Below are positions 50,038-56,640 of a stretch of 56,640 nucleotides of DNA, in pieces (positions within the stretch are counted from its first letter, which is position 1; every line of letters starts with the position of its first letter). The translations under genes were made by a program, and so were the position numbers. Where the stretch lies: assembly GCA_000934665.2 (NCBI GenBank), contig JYFJ02002464.1, positions 1-56,640 on the forward strand, read 5' to 3'. The notes beneath the pieces were generated by a model, which was not told the origin of the DNA, searched no databases, and worked only from the letters and a program-made list of their open reading frames with translations. The DNA is from Catajapyx aquilonaris (taxonomy: Eukaryota).

Positions 50038-51289
50038 CTTTTAACATGGTTCTGCAAGATACGCTGACCAAACGAAAGCGTTGTAATGGACATGTCTCAA
50101 TTGATTTCACTAATTATTTCACACAACTGTAATGCTGAAAATGAATGCGGGAAGAGTAAAACGACAAAATCAGTAAATACAAAACTTACATTTGTGTTAA
50201 AATACATGTACAACAATGAAAAAAGTCACAAGTCCAAGCCCACTACCTGGCAGTAGCAACAGAAAAAAATTAGCAGTGGCAAGGTGTATTTACCAGTTTA
50301 TGATATTTTTAAAAGTCCATAAGTTATTGTCTGTTCAAAGTAAATACATACAAAAGTTACAGAACTGCAAGTACATGAAGGATGTGGCCCAGGCCACCAA
50401 AAGAGAGGCTGGGCCTTTGTATATGGCGAAAGAATCCTGTCTGATCATTCTTACATGCAACAATGTAAGCGTCTAATGCAACTGTATGATGGATCAGGTC
50501 CAAAAAACTTTCCTGCCACAAAAACAATTAGAAATTGGACGACACATTTTCGTACAATACACAGTTCGCATCACCATTTCACTATGGAGCACAGGGACAC
50601 ACACAAAAATTATTTAACGCGGCCTCTTATGCTTGCTGCCATGTGTTTATCAGTCCAGATCTCGCAATTGTGACCTACGACAACCTATCGGTTGGCTTTG
50701 GCATAAGGCATGAGTAGATACAGACAAAAAAAGACTTGCGCATGACACAATATTCATATAAACAAATGCTGAGGTAACAAGTGACTCTACATTCTTACAT
50801 GCAATGAGGTTAATTTTTTTAAAAGAAAATTTCTACTTGGCTTGCCACTACACACACAAATGGTTACTGATTTTTTTTTTCCATAAAAGGGAGAATAACT
50901 TAAATGCATAAAAAACAGAGCATGCGATTTCTGCATAGTCTCATATCAGACTTTGTTCGGTAAAAATCTCGGACATAATTATTATTGCTGGTGAAGCAAT
51001 TTCGTTCAATCATTGTGCGACTAGAATCGCTCGGGAGTCCAACTAAAAGCTTCTGGCAAAATTTTCATTCCTACGAACCCGCACTTTCTAACACTAAACG
51101 TTAATTCTCATGTGTTTGCATACTGAAATGAACACCAGAATTACACGCGTTTTTCTTCTGTAAAATGACAGACACCGGAGGCACTTTAGGATGAAGTACA
51201 AACAACTCCACCCCCTGGAGACCAAACAGTCTCAAGCAAAATCTCAATTAAAAATTTCATCCCAACTCTTCTTCGAGTTGTACATCGGG

Positions 51290-54200
51290 CTAGACATGCA
51301 CTTCGGGCCTGATCCCCACAATGCGGCAGTAGAAGTTCTTCCAGCTGACAATGGTCTTCCCCGACCAGATCCAGACACTGGAAGTTATGCCCACGATGAG
51401 AGCGCTGAGGTACTTGATCATAAAGATGGCAAAGTCGGGCTTTGAGTATTTCGAGATGTAGTTGGTTAGCGGACAGGGGATGGCCATCTTTTTCCACTGG
51501 GGGTCGCGGCACTTCTCATCTTGCCACAGGTGCATCCATATCTCCATGTAGGCCTGAAATTATAATTATCTGTTTGCTTGCACTTCATATGAACACAAAT
51601 CAGAGCATGTTGCATTACAGCAGCAAACTTACCTGCTCCCAAATCAGGCAGGCAATGACCACAACTGCAGGAAGCACATAGAGAAGTGAGAAGATCCCAA
51701 TCCGAACCATCAGCTTCTCCAGCTTGTCCGTCTTGGACCCATCGTGCTTCATGATGGTCCGTATGCGGAAGAGCGAGACGAACCCTGCCAGCAAGAAAAT
51801 GGTTCCCAGGACCAGGTATACGACGAGTGGGACCAGCACGAAGGTCTTTAGTGCAGTCATGTCCCACATTCCGACAAAGCAGACGCCACTGAGGACATCT
51901 CCTTCGACTTTCCCAAGTGCCAAGATGGTAATGGTCTTGATGGCTGGGACGGCCCAAGCTGCCAAATGGAAGTACTGAGAGTTGGCCTCGATTGCTTCGT
52001 GACCCCACTTCAGACCAGCTGCCAGGAACCATGTCAAGGTCAGCACCACCCACCAGATTGAAGAGGCCATGCTGCATGTGGACGCAATATTTTAAATCAA
52101 TGACAGGTCATACAGCAATGAGAAGGGCAGATGCACTTGAGAGCTGTAAAAAAAAATGCCTGTCAGTCTTCATCATACCTGAAGAAGTAGAGCATCATGA
52201 AGAGGATAGTGCACCCTTCTTTTTTGGTGCCCTGTACGACGGTAGAGAGCATCTCTGACTTGGGCATGTTATGCGGTGGATCAAAGGGTTCGTTGCAGGA
52301 GATGCTGTCGCCCATGCCAAATCCAACAACATACGCGATTGATATCATGAGATAGCAGAGGGACAGAAAGATGATGGGTCGTTCCGGATATCGGAAGCGG
52401 GAGGTGTCCACCAGAAACGTGAGGACGGTGAAGAGGCAGGAGGCCAGGCACAGGCAGGACCAAACGCCAACCCAGATGCGGGAAAAATTACGCTCCTCAT
52501 CACTGAAGAACATTCCATGGCACAGGACACCGCAATCAGACACCTCGTCATTCCCAACCTAAAAGACAGAACAGAAAAGTGTCACAGTTTCAGTGGTACG
52601 TACACATTGTTTACAATGGAGATTCAGTCACAGTTCAAAAACAGAAAATGCCTTTTGAAAGACATGCCAAAAGATTTTAAGAAGTTTCTTATTCGCAAAA
52701 AGCAACAATACATAAATTCCTGCAAGTATTCCTCACTCCAATTATGTCACGTGGAATCTAATTAAAGCACAAAGATCCTATCACTTCTGCAAAGCAGGCA
52801 AGAGCTGATGTGAATGGAAACCGCAAAATGGGCTGACCTTATCATGAAGATAACCCCCCTGATAATGTAATTATCACGTTATATGTTACTTCTGGTAAAC
52901 ATGCCTACTTGGTCATTAAATATTCTGTACTTATACAGCTCTGAATTTTCTTATTCCAACAAAAAAATGCTTATAAATAAATTGTACATAAACATTTCTT
53001 AATCTGAGCTGTGGCACTAGTGTTTATTTGTATGGTGAATCATGCTCTGCACAAAAAGAGCAGCCCCCCAAGGGAATCCCATTGACTTCATTCACACACA
53101 ATTTATTGTTTTTATTTTAGGAAAGGTCCCCCCACCCCTGCTGCCACATTCACAGCATTCCAAATCCTCTTTTCCTACCAATGTGGCTTCTTAAAAAACC
53201 TTGGCGCAGGGCTTTAAATTCTGCCTTTTGAATGGACGCAGTGAATAAGTCAAGAGTCTGCCTCTATTCACGATAAGATCTTGACGTAATTGATCTATCA
53301 GTTCTCGATCAGTTCCCAAACTTATTATTCACAGCAGGGGCAGCCTATGAGTTAATTAAATATTAATGTGATGTTATGAATGCCCACTGTTCTCAAAAAT
53401 AAAAATAGCAGTGCATGTCACTTAGCAGGAGACAAAGTACATTAACATTAAGCAACTGTACTTTACACAATGAAATGTCAAGAAAGCATTGCTGCCCGTG
53501 TCATTCACCCAGATTTTGTGAGCATTCTAATGTAAGTAGGACGCACAATCCCACCCCCATTCTTCCACAATGTAGCTCAATTGACCCGCCAGATGTGGTC
53601 AATTGACATGAATTTCTCTAACTGCCCATACTCCACTTAAGACTCATTCACAAACTTCCTCAAAAAAAAACAACGAAACCCAACACACTTCCTTTTCGGT
53701 GCTGGACAACTTAAAATATATTCCAGTCGTATTATAAAAATTTGTTGGTAATTGCCTGAACATGCCTTGTGCGAATTACTGTAATTATAACAATTTTACT
53801 AAGAAGAAAACAGCCAGGCTTACTTTCACAGAATTAGAGCAATTTGCATCAGACATCGCAGCAATTACAATTTGTTGCAATTGTCAAATTATAATATGGA
53901 AACATAATTTTTTTGGGGTTAATGTTTTCTTCGCAATAGTCAAACTGAATTGTAATTTAAAGGTCGGCATGCAGCTCACCCTGAGAACATAATCCAACCC
54001 GGCGGGTACTTTGAAGTAGACAGGGCAATGCGTGAACCCATGCTCTTTAGCTCCTGGCGGGAACTCGGACATTCCTGGAGCAAATCCTCCAAAGTCACGA
54101 GTGATTCCAAACCCTCCTCCGCTGCTTGGCCCTGGATTAAAAGCCCCTGGAAAGGCAACGTCGCTTCCACCGTGTGGGGGACTGGCCGATCCCGAGGTGT

Positions 54201-54678
54201 TATTCTCGCCCACACACAGATCGTTGGCAGTTGGTTCAGGAAACTTTGCACAATCCAAGCTCTCGGGCCACTGGAACCCAAACTTGTTCATGAGGCTCTC
54301 GCACCCATGCCTTGCAGACAGACACAACGAGCGGCAGGGCGGTATGGCCCGCTCTATAATAGTGCACACCGGAGCGTACATGCTGCACAGGAAAAACTGC
54401 AGGTCCGGACTGCACTTGACCTTAACCAGCGGGAAAAACTGATGCACCTCAAGCCCCGCATCTTCTTGCTTCTGGTGGTTCAGCAAATTGGGCATGATAG
54501 TCTCATTGTACTGTATGTCCTTACACAGCGGGATTGTGATGGGTTCGCACCGCCCGTGGTGCGGAAGGTTGTCCCGTTCCGACACCCGGCTTGACGTCTG
54601 CGTCTGGCCCGATCCAGCCACGCACATGACCACCGCAATGAGCCCCCACATAATCAGGCACGTACTCACACAGGCCAT
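51290..54678 (-). CDS. fz: Frizzled receptor, Fz1/2/7 class
   Basis: Exons: 54678-53980, 52558-52179, 52071-51633, 51553-51290. Signal peptide, then [46 protein letters not shown]. 7-TM motifs [27 protein letters not shown] and [10 protein letters not shown]. KTxxxW motif (KTIVSW) and a C-terminal EVHV*. Confidence 0.95.
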
Positions 54679-56090
54679 CTCACTGCAAATTACCCGCAGT
54701 TTTGTTCTAACAAAAGGTCATGTCACTTCAATTCCATTCTTTTATGGTCATTGCCCCCCCTCCCCCATTCCCTTCTTTTCAGTCACCCTCCTGACACCCC
54801 CATGTTCCGCACTTGGCTGGTCCTCCGATCCGTCCTGTGTTCGCCCCTGGGTCCGGGCTAGCACCAGGGGCGGCCCCGGGGCAGGAGACGCGAGGAAAGG
54901 CCTGGCTGTCAGTGACCCCAAAACAATTCCAATATGGCTCCCACTCTGTGGTTAAGTGGGGCCGGACGTAGCGCAGCTGCTAGGTGGCCTAATAGCCAAA
55001 TCGTGGGGAAAGTGGAGGGGATGTAGCTAATGTGGATCACGGCTAATGGAATAAGCTGCTTAGAACACCAGGTGGGAGGGGGTGTGGGGTGGAGAGGGGG
55101 GGGATTGGAAGGGAAGGGTCCGGTGTTTCCACATTTCAGGTATATGAAACTGTGGCAACGTTGTTCGAGGCTGGATAAAAAATCGTGTGTATACACATAA
55201 TTATGTTTAAATTGTCAGCGCATTTGTATAATTACCATAATTACGCTAATTGCAATAGTTGGGGGCGGAGTCAAATCTGGCACCGTCTTTTGTTCATGTA
55301 ATGTGGCGCCAAGTTTGAATGAGCAGCCACACAAATTAATATGGTAATTTCTAATGTGCATGAGAATAAAGCAATGAGACAAAAAGTGTCTGGACTTCCT
55401 CCTCATTAACTAGTTGATTAATAAGTTTCCTTAACATTTCCAGAAGTTGAATCACCACATAGCATGAGGTTTCATCCAGACACAACCAGAGGAACAGGTT
55501 CCATCCTTCAGCGAGGCATTCCGATCTAGGCGCATTACAAAAATTAATGACTTCCAATGCATAAATTAAGCTTCATCTATTTGGGTCTTTACTTCACAGA
55601 GGCCTCCAGGCCAGATCTGCTATAAGTGCTACATGATCTGATGGAAATACAATACTAGGCAGAGCTGTATGTTGCTTCAGTTCTTCTGTGCTGGGGAATG
55701 GTACAACCTATGCAAAGAAAATTGGGTCAGTAGGTAAACAATACAATCCCCATATATATAAAGCTGAATATTTGTACGTATTAATAAATGTATGTATGTC
55801 ACGCCAAATTAAGCCACTTCCCGGGCACGGAGAGCGCTCAAATTTCTCAGAGTCATGTCTTACATATCACTGACCCCGAGAAAAGTCCCAAACCTGAAAT
55901 TTTTTGAGTCTAAGGGGGGTTTTCAGCAGATTAAGCAATTGCCTAGCAACCCTGGCTGTCAACAAGCCCAAAAGAAGGATCTGCCTCTCTCACTCACGTT
56001 CTAAAATGACATCAACATTGCATATTCAACAATAAAAACAATAGAACAACGGGCAGGTTGGCAAGAATATTATAATTGCAGTACACGTAG

Positions 56091-56239
56091 CAAGGGGGTA
56101 ATCACTTCGGTACTCCGGTGTACACCTGGGAGTGGTACTCCCTGGTACTCCTCAGGCACCTCACTCTTTATTACTCCGTGGTACTCCTTGAATTTGGTAC
56201 TCCAGTGTACACTTTTCTGTCGAGTGATTACCCCCCTTG
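56091..56239. mobile_element. 149-bp MITE with 8-bp TSD (hAT- or P-type)
   Basis: TIRs CAAGGGGGTAATCACT and AGTGATTACCCCCCTTG (one-base indel). TSD ACACGTAG at 56083-56090 and 56240-56247. Five internal copies of GGTACTCC. Confidence 0.85.
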
Positions 56240-56640
56240 ACACGTAGGGTATCGTAACAATTAACGGTTGGAGTACTTCGGGGAGTGCCGAGATCAACAA
56301 TACCGAACAATACAGTAGGCCTACTGTACAGTTCATATCGATAGAACCAGCCACAAGGCATTGGGAAACACAGAGGAAAGAAGAGCAGGTATAAATACGT
56401 TCGTGTGTTTGGTCTCAGAAGTGTTGGAGTGATGCCTTCATGTTCAGATTGTGTCATAAAATATTATTTTAAAAATTCGGATACAAAATTTTCGAATGTA
56501 ATTTTAAAACCGGGGTTAATGCGAAACGGCGTAAAATGGAGCAGCGTAAAACGGGTACTTCCCGTATGGGAAATATTTCTTGGCCGCTTCACAACCAGCA
56601 GGCTATCATAATTTCCACGTTATCACAATTCTTCAATTTA

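Noticed and set aside
21805..54955. Long plus-strand ORFs such as 21805-22431, 29084-29614, 43260-43811, 48352-48924 and 54028-54594
   Set aside because: These are antisense shadows of real minus-strand exons or of GC-rich promoter sequence, with no protein motifs.

Overview
Intron-rich eukaryotic DNA from an arthropod; the species cannot be determined from the sequence. Five spliced protein-coding genes lie on the minus strand: a plexus/GSE1-like Cys-repeat gene (probably continuing off the left edge), two tandem chitin synthases sharing all 13 coding-intron positions, importin beta-1 and a frizzled-1/2/7-class receptor. There are also several small non-autonomous DNA transposons. The main result concerns the upstream chitin synthase (21525-32755), which has two pairs of duplicated, phase-matched exons. 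One is the known 177-nt 8a/8b-type pair. The other is a 306/303-nt pair covering the end of the 5-TM cluster through WGTRE, which I do not know from insect CHS1. The downstream paralog (11775-18738) keeps only one exon at each position, clearly the non-canonical one at the 306/303-nt position, and has a GATA-site cluster upstream. This looks like a splice isoform fixed as a separate gene after duplication. Exon boundaries and identity counts were worked out by hand, and mutual exclusivity and expression are inferred.
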